A program made the position numbers and the translations under genes. The notes under the pieces are model-generated. The model was not told the DNA's origin. It saw only the letters and a program-made list of their open reading frames with translations, and did no database searches. A stretch of DNA of 63,241 nt, the filler included, from Octopus bimaculoides (lineage: Eukaryota): the NCBI RefSeq assembly GCF_001194135.2. It is 4 parts of 4 records of this genome, joined end to end, with 100 filler letters (N's around TTAATTAATTAA, not from the genome) between each part and the next. Parts side by side here need not be neighbours in the genome. Positions count along the whole stretch, not along the records: positions 51,408 to 60,525 come from NC_068981.1; positions 60,626 to 63,241 come from NC_068982.1; 2 more parts are not named here. One strand, given 5' to 3'. Positions 51,415 through 63,241 of the stretch are shown here, one piece after another (the stretch's first letter is position 1; each line of letters opens with the position of its first letter).

Positions 51415-53290
51415 GTTAGAGCGTTTGAAGCCAACATAGTTATCTCTATTTGCCATAACTCCGATCACACTAGGTACCACTTTCACTTCCACTTTGAGTC
51501 GCTATAGATTCGTTTCATTTGCAATCCTAAACCTTTGTACTTTCCGACATTATTTTCCTCTATATTTGTCTGGCCAGTAGGCGGGTGATATCCGTTCGGT
51601 TAAGTTGCAGATTTTTATTCCAGGTGTGTTTAACCAGACCATTCTCTGCTACGGACAAGTGTTGTTGCTCATATAAATTGGAATATTCCTTCTTTCCACT
51701 CTTGCTGCACAACTTATATTGTATTCGCACTGTTATTTTGTCAAGGCGTTCTTGTACCTTTTTGCGCTAGTTTTGAGCGTGTCATAACTATATGTATTAG
51801 ATGATTTTCAACATAGTCTAATTATATGTCTTAGATGATTTTCAACATAGTCTACACATAAGTAATAGTGCTGTATTTTCAATGCTACAATTGATTGCTT
51901 TAGTTCGAAAAGCTTCTTCTTGAGCAACAGAACAAGTTCTTCTGTCTACTACTTTATAAAAACTATGTGTTAACCATCATCAAGTTACTTCATCCACTTC
52001 ATGTATCGGAAACCTGTTTATTGGAAAAACAGTCTGTGTAAGACTTTCCCGTCCCAGTTGCTGATCTGTTTTCTACGTTTCCGTATTTGGTACTCCTGGA
52101 CCGCCTCGCCAAAATCACTGATTACTTAGTGCAGCCTGCAATATTCCTTCCTTACTATACCTCAGATAGGAACGCAAGGACTTGATGTCATTCTTAACAT
52201 TATTCTCTATCCCGATCTGTAGTTTTTCATCTCATTTCGTAGGTGGGTAACGCCTTGCTACGTTATTTTTACTCTTAAGACATCCATGCATAGACTTTAG
52301 TTTCCTAGGTTTTCTATGCATGTTGACAAATTCCGCAACTCCTGCGTAGATTGTTCTAATCAGGTCCCAGGCGTTGATGGTTCTAATCAGGTCCCCTCCA
52401 TTTTGGTTAAACCTCCATAGCCTTTTAACCCTTCTGCTATATTCTGAAGAAATATTTTCCTTCGTGTATTTTTCTACATCTGTCCAAGTTGTAAACACTG
52501 TGATGCTTGTAATCCTCACCGTTAACTTCTCTTACCTGGCCATTATCTGGAAATAGTACTCCCCTGCTGTCAAGTTTTGCCTACTCAGTTCAATAACGGC
52601 GTATTTCTCTATACCAAATGCCATCTGGATATCTTGAGAGAAAATTTCTAAGGAATGAACAAGAGAATTCAGTTGACCTCTTCTAGCTCTGGAAAGCTTA
52701 AAATTAGCCATAAACAGCAACAGGTGGTTGGTTGGTCTCATGTGTTTATGCAGTTTGATTACATCTTTTTTGGTTACAACCATGGAGAGTGGTAATATAA
52801 AATATAATCTGTAATAGTGGCATCGTGTCTCCTTAAACGATTCCCTTCTTGATGTTGAATTGTTCAATCTCTCTTCCACCTGCAGACAAAACTGCTTTCC
52901 ATTTTCTCATGCTTTTTTTTTAGCAAATGAATACAATCTTTCGTAACTCATACCATCTACGGCTTCTAGGCTTGTCCAACTCCTTCATTGCCAATAAGCA
53001 ACAGATCCTTTCTTCATTGCCAACCCTTCCTTCAACCTTTCTGCTAACAGTTAATTTCCTTCAAGATAATCGTTCAATTTCCTTCGGATTATCCAAGGTA
53101 GAAGTTTCCACAACATAATTAAACTAGCCATCAGTCGACAGTTACTGGTCACGGCACCTTTGGTTGGGTCCTTCTGAATCAAGAGAGTTATTACTTTGAA
53201 CATACATCCTGATACAATTCCTTGGTGTACACAGCTTTGCAATTTGTATCGTTCAGGATGTGAATTCGTCAAATAATTCTCATTGTTGTT
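51415..53290 (-). mobile_element. Decayed R4/Dong-type element (RT through REL), third lineage
   Basis: Minus frames TLLIQKDPTKG...CRL..LIMLWKLL, TNHLLLFMANFKL...FSQDIQMAFGIEKYAV (HLLFMDDLKL motif, decayed), EYSRRVKRL...NGGDLIRTINAW and LAQKRYK....YKLC...W. Contains internal 34-nt and 27-nt tandem duplications. Confidence 0.8.
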
Positions 53291-53689
53291 GAAAGAATCA
53301 TAAAAAGATGGGAAATGTAAACAATTTCAGCGATGAAATAATATATCAGTGAGATATTGTTGTAAATTCCATCAAGTATCCAAACTCCTAAATCGATGGC
53401 CCTATGCCTAAATTATCTTTATCGCAATAATTATCATTATCGGTATGATTATTATTTTTTTATAACGCAGTGAAGTGGTTAAACACATTCGATCATCAGA
53501 GAATAGATATTCGATTTTAAAGTTTTGATTTTAAAATCCAGCAGTGAACGACAGTGATGTTCTTACCTGTAGGGATGATAATGACAAGATACAAATGTTT
53601 GTATTAGTGCTTATGGTACACAATAACTCCTCTCCTTCAAACTTTTTAGGAACATGCTTCAATAGGAAGAAAGTTGATCTGTGATTTTC

Positions 53690-53890
53690 CTAATATTGGT
53701 TTCCCAATTTTGACACAAGTCCAGCAAGTGCGGTGAAGGGAATAAGTCGATTATATCGACCCCAGTGCTCAACTGGTACTTACTTTTATTGCCCCGAAAA
53801 GACCTCCCCGGAATTTGGAAGCAAAAGATAAAGACAAGAAATGCTAGTAAGGATTTTGCTCGACTTGCTAACAATTCCACCAGCTAGCCA
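53690..53890 (-). mobile_element. SINE family A, degenerate
   Basis: taagtcgattatatcgaccccagtgctcaactggtactt block. Confidence 0.7.
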
Positions 53891-54432
53891 CTTTCATTTG
53901 ATGCTTGTAATATAAAGATGTCTCTCGCTTATAAAAGCGACTTATTTACAAAGTTTTTTTTTTAAATAGTTCTGTTTAATATATACATAAAGACAGCCTG
54001 CTTCGATAGTAGATCATCAAAAAACGTTAATTTGTAAGGTTACTTTTTCATATACGTATATTTTCTTCATACAAAAATACCTGAAAAGGATACCTATTGA
54101 ACAAAATAGTTGTAAATGAGTAAAAAACAGTAGAAATAGAAAACGAAAAATATCACACAAACAATTAAAATAATACACATTTAAAAAATGTGGAATGGAG
54201 AAAAAATTGGAACAATGTAATAAATAATTTTTAAGATACATCAAATTCGCTCACAGTGACAAGTATACATAAATATATTTTAAAATGTTAATTTGCCACT
54301 ATCGTAACAGAAGAATAATATGACATTTAATACCGTTTCATAAAAAAATACAGGAGGAATTTTTGGAAACGTGCCCATATCACATTTACGCATGATCTAA
54401 TAAAAAGAAAAATATCTTCGAAATGTCTTCAC

Positions 54433-54633
54433 CTGATACCATTTATATTCAGAAGAATGTTCCATGTGAAATTTTGGAAGAGTTGTTTTTGTCGAAAGTG
54501 AAGATTAATGGTAGTGTCTGCTGCAATTTCAAAACAGTCAATAATATAAAATTTGTGCATCAACTTGTTTAAATGTACACAGTTCTTTAGTGTTAGTAGT
54601 GATCGACAAGAAATATCATCAGTTTCAATCATA
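54433..54633 (-). CDS. Candidate internal exon (201 nt, phase 2-2), unknown product
   Basis: Strong acceptor ccttgtttttctcctgtcttatctcag|. One frame is open across the whole exon (MIETDDISCRSLL...LNINGI). Moderate donor CAG|GTGAAG. No homology recognised. Confidence 0.25.
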
Positions 54634-54689
54634 CTGAGATAAGACAGGAGAAAAACAAGGGAGCAATGAAGATAGTAACAAAAAGATTT

Positions 54690-57415
54690 GGTTTATAATT
54701 TCTATGATTCTCTTTCCGTCGTGTGGAGGAACTTTCGCTTGTAGCGGTGTGTTTTGGAATCCGGTGTATTTATGATTGTTTTCGCGAGGGGATCTCAATT
54801 TTGATTCGTTAAATTACTGACGTCTTGTTTTTCCAGTGGTCAAGTTTGTCGTTCTGCTGAGTTCGTTTCCCTGTGAGGAACTGTCATCAGCCGTTCCGGT
54901 TGGTTGAATCTCATAAAGGGTCATTTTCTTGTATTTGCTGAAGTTCGGTTTTGATCGGAATTAAAATGTCATTGGTGTAGAGTTATTGACGTCAGCAACT
55001 AGTGTGTGCAAAATGTCATTGGTCTAGACAGGTGACGTCCTCAACTGTTGTTTGTATCGTGTTATTGTATGGTGATTCGGAGTTGCGGTTACGAAAACCC
55101 GTTGGAAGACTGTTACTAGAGTTTTTGTTTTTTAATTGTCTGCTGTTCCTGGTTGTTTTTTGAGAAGAAATTGAATATTTTGTTAGCTTTTTTCTCTTAA
55201 TATCTTCTTTTTCTTCTTTCGAAAGTATATTCAGCTGTGGTTTATATTTTTTAATGAATATGCTTTCCTTATTTAACCGAAATTCGATCGAGGCGTTTCT
55301 GGTGCATTGATAGAGAAGGAAGATTTGGTATTTCGGGTTTATATTTTCGTGGCATTGGTCTAGATGTTTGCTTACAGGAACCTTTCTAGGCATAGGGACC
55401 CTGGTTTGTTGCCTGTGCACCGTTAGCCTGTCCCTCAAGGTGAAACTAGTTTGACCTATGTAGTCTCCACCACGCCCAAGTTCTTCTAAGCACAGGTAAT
55501 GTGATTTTTCATGGTAAAAGTTTGACCAGACTTAAATTTGTGTATTGGGCCCTCTAAGAGGAAGATACAAGTTCCGCAGTTAGGAAGGTTGCACTTTTTA
55601 ACTAGTGGGTTTGTATCTTTGGTGGGTAATTTGGTGCTGGTACCTAATTTTTTTAGGGATTGTGGTTCTCTTTCTTTTGATAATTTTACGTGTTTCCAGT
55701 GCCTTTTTCATTCGCAGGTTTTTCATAAAAAGATATATGTTTTGGCAGATGATGTATGCGTTCATATTCCTCGGATTGTGTGTTCATACGTAAGATAATG
55801 TTTTAGGTGTATCATGGTGTATTCTTGTTTTCTGTAACTCTTGGATGTCTATAATTGTTTCACGTCTATTCAGTTTTTCATTAGACTGGTAGGGTATCTT
55901 CTATCTAGTAATGTGTTTGTAAATTCTTGGAGTGGCTTTTCTCGGATTTCGAGATTTGATGCAATCGTACACATTTTCCTTGCTAAGTTTAAAGGTATAT
56001 TTAATTTACAATGTTTTGTGTGGCAAGAGGAGAATAGAAGATATCGTTTTCAGTTCGTCGGTCTGAAGTTGTCGGTTTCAATTTCAGTATTTTTTCATAA
56101 TCAAGATGTCCAGGAAGAGTAATTGTCTGTGGCTGTATTGCATTATGAACTAGTTACTGGGGTTGATTTTGTTGATTAAGTTTTTAAAGTTTGAGAGTTG
56201 TTCAAGGTTATATTGCCACAGAATGAAACAGTCATCCAGGTGGCGTTACCAGTTGGTGAATAAGTATTTTTGGCGGTTATTTCCAAATTTCAGTCTAGCG
56301 TTTTCGTATATTTGGACTTCCAATTACGCGATAACAAGGTTGGCAAAAGCACGAGCTACTGTCGTTCCATCGTTGTGCCCGATTTTGTCAATAAGCGTTT
56401 TCATTGAAGTTGAAAAAATTGTCCTGTAGGTTGAATTTTATTCGTTCAACGATTAATTCTTTTCCGATTTGGTCAGGAACGTCATTTGGGATATTTTACA
56501 GCTAGTATTGTATGGCTATTATTCCGTATTCGTGAGGAATCACGGTGTGAATGTTTATTACATCGAATGGCTTTGTTCGCGAGATGGTTCAAAAGTCCAG
56601 ATCTTCCCTTATAAAGCTCGGTATATGTCGGTATATGTTGGAGAATAGCTTTCAGTAGGACGTCGATAAAATTACTGAGTTTGTGTGCCTTATACGAGGG
56701 ACCGGCCACAATTGGTCTTATTTTGAGATCTCTCGGGAGTGAAATATTTACGACTGCAGAAGTTGATTTGTCATAGGCTTCGTTTTTGGCTTCACTTTTG
56801 TGGATTTTCGTAAACAAATAAAAGTTGATGGTTTTGCAGTCAAATCTTGTCAAGTAATCTCTCTCGTTTTCCGTCAAAACTTGTTGGAACTGATGGATAT
56901 GGGTAGAAAGTTTACTCAGTATCTTGGATTGACAGTAGTTCTTAATTTTTCCATAGTAGATATCTTGAAGGAGGATTATGGTAGTGTTTGTGGATTGTTT
57001 CTGGGTCCATAATTACTACAACACTCACTTTTTCTGCTTCCTTTATAATTATATTGTGATCCTCCTTGAGATTATTAACGAATTCCCATTCTTCTCGACT
57101 TGTATTTTTTGCAAATTTTCCAGGTGGGCGTAAATTGTAGGGATAATTCGAAACAAAATCGCAAGAGTTACACAGAGTTTGATTTCTTCCTTTTGTCGGA
57201 CAGTAGTTGCTTTTAGTGCGAAGTATTAAATGATCATGATTTTTTATCCAGCTGTTCTTCACTGATTCGAAGTTTTCTGCAGAACTCCTGGATATCATTT
57301 TGTATATCATTTAGCTTCGACCTATCTGGCTTGGTGGTGAACTTCATTCCCTTTACGAGAATATTGATTTGTTGGTTTGAAAGGGTTTTATGTGAGAGAT
57401 TTATCAAATTCCCAA
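54690..57415 (-). mobile_element. Penelope-like element (RT plus C-terminal GIY-YIG, Cys-rich linker, Neptune-like), decayed
   Basis: N-terminal NLINLSHKTLS.QQ.NIL.KG.KF, RT motifs FY..TKIHK...IRPIVAGP and W.RHLDDCF, linker KCNLPNCGTC, endonuclease DYIGQT..LRDRLTVHRQQ...HLDQC...E.IFIKKYKP.LN. Multiple stops, frameshifts and deletions. Confidence 0.9.
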
Positions 57416-57501
57416 ATGACATTCCTGACCAAATCGGAAAAGAATTCATCTTTGAAAGAATAAAATTCAGCCTACAGAGCAACTTTGCATCGTGCCATAT
57501 A

Positions 57502-58782
57502 TATCGGGTTGGCAAGAAAGTAATTTCGGGTTTTAGCGTGAAATAAAAATAATGTTTTTCATACAAAGAATGAACTTTACCCAATTGTGCATATTTTCCA
57601 TTTTGTTCGATGACTGTTTGCCATTTTTCTGGCAAATATATGATTTCGCGCTCATAGAACTTCAGGTCCTCAGACAAAAGCTGAGGCAATGGCGATACCA
57701 GTCCATCATCATCATTGAAAGTTTTTATCATTCAATGAATTTAGCAAATTTCGAAATAATTGGTAATCTGATGGTGCAAGGTGAGAGCTATATAGTGAAT
57801 ATGGCATCACTTCCCAAACACGTTCTAAGTTTTCAGGCGTTAGCAAAACGTGTGTAGTCAAGTGCTGTCATGATGGAACACGATTCCTTTACGATTTACC
57901 ACTCCTGGTCGTTTTTCTTCGATTGCTTCCCCCAGTTTCAGTGGTTTTTGAAAGTGAACATCTTAATTGAGCGTTTGGTTCCTTGGGATCTGCTCAAAAT
58001 ACACTACACCTTTGTAATTCAATCAAATCGACAGCATGCCCTTTTTTCATGCAATTCATCTTCCGATGCAGTTTGTGCTGGTTCATTACGTTTGAACCAT
58101 GACCGTCTTCGATTGATCCTATTTAACACAAACCATTTTTTATCACAAGTGATGATTAGTTTCAAAACAAGGTCAATTTCATTGCGTTTGAGTCACATAT
58201 CGCAAATATTGACTCGTTGTATTAAGTGAATCTTTTTCAATTAAGGTGGAAGCCCAATATCGAGCTGGTTAATGAGTCCAAGTCATTTTAAGTGATTTTC
58301 AATTCTTGCGTGTGATACAATTAATCACTTTGCAATCTCTCGCACAGTTAAATGATAGATTCAATTATGGCTTACATTAGGTCATCAGCAACTTCAGGAG
58401 GTTGACCCAAATGCTGCTCATCTTTGTGTGCAAAATCTCCAGAACGGATTTTTTTAAAACCATTTCTGACATGCGCATGCTGTTAAGCAATGGATACCAT
58501 AAAATTCACATATTTTTTTGTGAACATCAACAGTTTTCTTGTCTTCATGGAAGTAAATTTAAAAACATGGCAAAATATGCAGTCCAATTTAAAATAGACA
58601 CCGAACTAACAGCTATATACAAAATTACGTGCAATTTGCTTCTAAAGTACGCTAAAAGGAATGGCTATCGAATGTCAAAATGAAAGAAATCATGGCAGTA
58701 ACAAAATTCATTAAAACATTGTCGTAATTTTATCTATCTATCTATTTGAGAAAAACGAACTTACTTTCTTACCAACACAATA
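57502..58782 (-). mobile_element. Full-length decayed mariner (Tc1/mariner D,D34D) element
   Basis: TIRs TATCGGGTTGGCAAGAAAGTAATTTCG (57502) and, reverse-complemented, TATTGTGTTGGTAAGAAAGTAAGTTCG (58782), in TA context. Length about 1.28 kb. Remnants CQKWF.KIRSGDF (HTH), IITCDKKW, FHHDS, YSSHLAPSDY and FYE..I..LPEKWQTVIEQNG. Confidence 0.92.
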
Positions 58783-59264
58783 TATATACATATGTATATT
58801 TCCTTATCACAGAATTACTTGACTTGTCAATTGTTCTATTTCCATCATTGCACAGCGCAGATATCATGGAATAAATAGATGTGAAATCTGCATACTGGAA
58901 ATATAGTTGAATATATCAAGTCTAAACCAAAGTAATATTCTTGGCTCTCAGATTAATGTTCTCTTGAACATCGATGTTGATCCGAGTTAGAACACACTGT
59001 GTGACATCACTGTTTAGCTTATTCTACGTGACGGGAAATTTCGTGACAGAAACTGTAACACAGCATTGATGTATATTTCTGTGTATAAAAATTAACGCTG
59101 TTTTCTTCGCTGAATGCATCGCCTTCAAGAACGCTTTATTCTTAAGTGCAGACACACAAACGTCGAGAAACTTAAAATCTTATTCCTGTATGAAACATTT
59201 CACGTTGCCACTTAAAGGAATGTGTCCAACTGGTCATTGTCCTGATTAAAAATACTGCTTTCAA

Positions 59265-59485
59265 ATTGGCACAAGGCGAGCAGGTTCGGGATAGTGCACT
59301 ACACCGACCCACGTGATCAATTAGTACTTATTTATTTGATTTAAGTAATAAACTAGTACTTATTTCATCGGCAATGAATGGATGAAAGGTAAAGTCGACC
59401 TCGGCGAAATCTCAAAGAAAGAATATGAAAACTGACGAATTGCCACTAAACATTTTGTTTGCGTGCAAACGTTTCTGCTACCCAC
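59265..59485 (-). mobile_element. SINE family A, degenerate
   Basis: gatgaaaggtaaagtcgacctcggcgaaat block. Confidence 0.65.
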
Positions 59486-60110
59486 CTCCCCTCCAGGGTT
59501 GTAAATATTCAAATGCAGATAAGCAAATGCGATACATGCATAAGGATCTACATACATAAATAGAATGGATGATATAGAGATTGATAAGTTGAAAATAGCA
59601 GCAATGAAATCAATTAGTTCATAGAAAATGGAAAAGTGAATACACTATACCACTCAACCATACTTTCACAGTATGACAGGAAATATTTATCAAATTGTCT
59701 ATTATCAAAATAAAATATCCTATCAGAAAAGAATATATGAATGCAATATAATTAAGATGATGTGTCGGATGTAAATAATATGGAATGATTGGACGTTTAA
59801 TGCATTGAAGCGAATAAACAGCGACAATTTTACATGTTTATATTATTATATGATTGAACGCCATTCATCCTCTTCCAAGTAAGCTTTATCTTAATAATTC
59901 TTATGCACACTCTATTGATATATTTACGCTTTCGTTTTTGTCACTTTCACTTCGTATCCTTTTACCTCCTCTTCTCCCACTATCCTATTCTATTACTCAG
60001 TCACTCTCTCTCCCTCACTCCTCCTCTCTTGCTCACATGCCTCCCACGTGACCATCAACCGTCTTTCTTTCTTCTTCTATCTTGCGTTTCTTTCTTTCTC
60101 TTCGTTGTAG

Positions 60111-60480
60111 CTGGAACAAGGAAGACATGTTCTTGTCTGTCTACTGTCCAAGCTTGATTTACGCGTTCGCCAACGCAACATCGTTCTTAGCTTAGCAGCC
60201 TTTTCTGTTTGTTTTCACTGTTCTGTTGGTGTAACCAATTGTGACCCCCTACAAAATCCCACTGAAACTAGCCTGCAGAGGCCAAACCAGCAAGGGGAAA
60301 CTGCTGACCTCCCCTGTTCGAAGATTATAAAGGACACAGGTTTCGTGTGTCACATAGCTAGCTAGAGGCGATGGCTTCTTGGAGCTAATTGACGGCAGCT
60401 TTCGTCCTAATTTTGGGACTGCCATGTTGGCTTGGCGATAACTATTAATTTCCAGTACCGCTGCCGTAGTCTCCTTTAGA
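60111..60480. other. Unique GC-richer segment: candidate exon and/or promoter
   Basis: On the plus strand a long pyrimidine tract and gttgtag| acceptor precede 84 open codons (60111-60365). On the minus strand a CAACATGGC (Kozak/YY1-like) start at 60425 opens 58 codons. Confidence 0.2.
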
Positions 60481-60625
60481 GAGATTTAGAAATATTAATA
60501 AATCTCTCTCTCTCTCTCTCTCTCTNNNNNNNNNNNNNNNNNNNNNNNNNNNNNNNNNNNNNNNNNNNNTTAATTAATTAANNNNNNNNNNNNNNNNNNN
60601 NNNNNNNNNNNNNNNNNNNNNNNNN

Positions 60626-60662
<37 letters not shown>

Positions 60663-61122
60663 ACACTACGCATCCATTTCCAAGTGAGTGTGTCTTAACA
60701 TTTTCGATGCCACTCTACTCTATACTGTTTACTTCCTCCATCCTTCTTCGATTCCCTTTTTCTCTCTTTCTCTCTTTCCCCGTTTTCTATCTGTCTCCTC
60801 TCTCTCCCTCTTTCTCTTTTTCTCTCTGTCGTTTCTCACGCGTGACCATCGTCCATCTTTCTTTTCCTCGCGTGACCATCTCTCTTTTCCTTCACAGACG
60901 TTCAAAGGACTGAACGCTTTCTTTTTCTCTTTCTTCTACAGGCCTATATATAGTGTGTTTATTCTTGGAGAATTTATGGTGGCAATAGTGTCTTTTGACT
61001 TCCATTTATAAGTGCCTAGTGAGGAGCAAGCCAAGTCCTTGTTATAATTATGTATATAATTATAAAATATTTATATTCATTTACCTACGAGGTTTTGTTT
61101 CCACTGACCACTTGCTTTCTCG

Positions 61123-61205
<83 letters not shown>
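61123..61205. repeat. (TTA)n microsatellite
   Basis: Directly visible. Confidence 0.95.
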
Positions 61206-61206
<1 letters not shown>

Positions 61207-61296
61207 ATTATTATCATATATTAATGCTGGTATTTATATATATATTTGTATGTACATATATATATATATATGAATGTATATATATATGCATGCATG

Positions 61297-61327
<31 letters not shown>

Positions 61328-61381
61328 GTATGTATGTATGTATGTATGTATGTATGTATGTGTGTGTGTGTTTGTGTGTGC

Positions 61382-61453
<72 letters not shown>

Positions 61454-61859
61454 TCTTGTGTTCATTCCTCTAAACATGTTTTAGGAAGTTGAATTTGAAA
61501 AAATAAAATTGAATATAATAGAAACACATAAATATTATATAGTATGTATAACTTGATTTAAAATGTAATATAAACACTATAAATAATTTGAATAAAATAT
61601 AATAAAATATTAAAATGTGTAATTAATAATAATATTAATTATTAATTGATAAACTTTATTAATTAATTGCATTATATAGTATGTAAAATAAAATTTAATA
61701 CAAAACATTGTAAATCTATCAGGAATACTAATTTTGGTGACATTATTCACTTAATCTCTATTCATGCTCAACTGAAATTGCATTCAAAGTAATCATTTAT
61801 GAACAGTTGTACACACACAGACATACATATAAATATAGAAATAAATAATAATCTTTTCA

Positions 61860-62062
61860 ACAATAGGCACAAGGCTTGAAATTTGGGGAGGAGAATAGTC
61901 GATTAGATCGACCCCAGTGTTTCGCTGGTACTTATTTCGTCGACCCCGAAAGGATTAGAACCAAAGTAGCACCCGGCAGAATTTAAGCTCAGAACGTAGC
62001 GACGGGCGAAATACCGCTAAGCATTTCGTCCAGCGAGATAAGGAGTATGCCAGCTCGCCGTC
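61860..62062 (-). mobile_element. SINE family A (tail type 2)
   Basis: gtcgattagatcgaccccagtg...gaaataccgctaagcatttcg...gccagctcgcc. Confidence 0.8.
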
Positions 62063-62144
62063 CTACGGGAATAAATGATAATGTTTGACTATAACCGATG
62101 GCAGTTATTTTCAAATAATCATATGCATATTCTTTTCATTTATT

Positions 62145-62345
62145 CCGTTACTTGTTTCAGACATTTGACTGCGGCCATTCTAGAGCACCGCCTTTAGCCG
62201 AACGAACCGATCCCAGGACTTATTCTTTGTAACTCTACTACTTATTCCATCAGTTCTTTTGCCGAACGGCTAATTTACGGGGATGTAAACACACCAACAT
62301 CAATTGTCAAGTGATGGTGTGGGGACTAACACAGACACAAACATA
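62145..62345 (-). mobile_element. SINE family B 3' half; another partial B copy at about 63125-63195
   Basis: cttgtttcagacatttgactgcggccattctagagcaccgcc...gtaaacacaccaacatc. Confidence 0.8.
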
Positions 62346-62351
62346 CACACA

Positions 62352-62389
<38 letters not shown>

Positions 62390-63195
62390 TATGTACACTT
62401 TTGGCCAAAAGTCACCTGACAGTAAATCAAAACCATTTAATTCCAAGATTTATTTATGTTTAACAGCTGAATGAGTTTAATAAAGGCATCGAAATGTGAA
62501 ATATTGTGAAATTTGTTCAAAATGAAGTCCTTCCTGGGCGACACCAATTTTTCACATAGCCACGCATGCGCCTATTAATATTTTAGCATCAAGTATAAAA
62601 GCTACTGATGTCTATCTAATATAGCATTTTCTTCAATCTCTTTAATCTATACATACATGAACACAAACACACATAAATAATACACAACACTATAACGGTT
62701 GACTTATTTTCAAATAATTATACGCACACACATCAACTGATTTGATTCGATAGACTTTTTCCTAACATGCATATATATATACACACATACGCACATAAAT
62801 TTACAGAGACAATGTACATCCACATTTATAACGTTTCTGTTTTTATTTTGTTTTATTTTTTATTTTATTTCATTTTTATCTTATCCATATGTATTTTATT
62901 TTATTTATTTTAATTTTTATTCCATTTATTTTAGTATTTCCCTTCTAATTTTTATTATTATTTTTTTTTGTCTGCATATCTTTATTTTTTTTCTGAATAT
63001 ATATTTTTTATCATTTCTTATTTATTTTATTTTTTTGTTTGATATTGTATACCTTATATTTTATATATCTTATTATGATATTTAAGCAAGATTGGATAGT
63101 ATGTGGATTGCTGGTTCTAATCTTCGTTACGGAAATGTAAACACACCAGCATCGGTCGTGAAGTGATGGTGTGGGGACTAACAAAGACACAAGCT

Positions 63196-63240
<45 letters not shown>

Positions 63241-63241
63241 G

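Noticed and set aside
51789-51854. Short tandem duplications (34 nt here, 27 nt at 52353-52395, about 30 nt at 39673-39732 and 33480-33525)
   Set aside because: Two-unit slippage duplications, mostly inside decayed elements. There is no spacer-repeat array, so this is not CRISPR-like.
54855-54895. CTGATGA...GAAAC in the PLE 3' region as a possible hammerhead ribozyme
   Set aside because: Stem II does not close directly on the core and no stem I or III is evident. At best it is a decayed relic and would need an Infernal or RNAmotif test on the family consensus.
55016-57415. In-frame stops in the PLE read as possible selenocysteine recoding (as in Naiad PLEs)
   Set aside because: The stops are mixed TAG/TAA/TGA with frameshifts and deletions, and the endonuclease is C-terminal rather than Naiad-type, so this is ordinary decay.
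60380-60430. Hammerhead-like minus-strand segment AGTCCCAAAATTAGGACGAAAGCT...AGCTC
   Set aside because: Stems II and III and a CUC triplet can be drawn, but the required CUGANGA core reads CAUGGCA, with four conserved positions changed.

Overview
AT-rich eukaryotic window with very dense microsatellites and about a dozen N-gaps. The repeat families and repeat load suggest a cephalopod, most likely Octopus (inference from recall, not verified). No host protein-coding gene can be identified with confidence, and most entries in the ORF track are microsatellite or gap artefacts. The supportable content is transposon-derived. (1) R4/Dong-type restriction-like-endonuclease (REL) non-LTR elements of apparently three lineages: one in a (TAA)n tract with both ends kept but its centre deleted, and one whose copies sit in (TACA)n tracts. 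(2) RTE-type LINE remnants, one with a twin-priming-like 5' inversion. (3) A decayed Penelope-like element (RT plus C-terminal GIY-YIG, Cys-rich linker) with an inverted 5' segment, abutted by a full-length decayed mariner. (4) A pogo/Tigger-like MITE. (5) About 35 copies or fragments of four SINE-like families, called A-D here. (6) A 45-nt U6 snRNA 5' fragment with a fold-back inverted duplication. The most unusual patterns are two independent SINE-A head-to-tail dimers with an identical 217-nt period and locus-specific shared variants, apparent (TACA)n targeting, and three separate fold-back/inversion structures. A few weak exon, microexon and recursive-splice-site candidates are listed at low confidence. 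Most SINE boundaries are approximate (about +/-15 nt).
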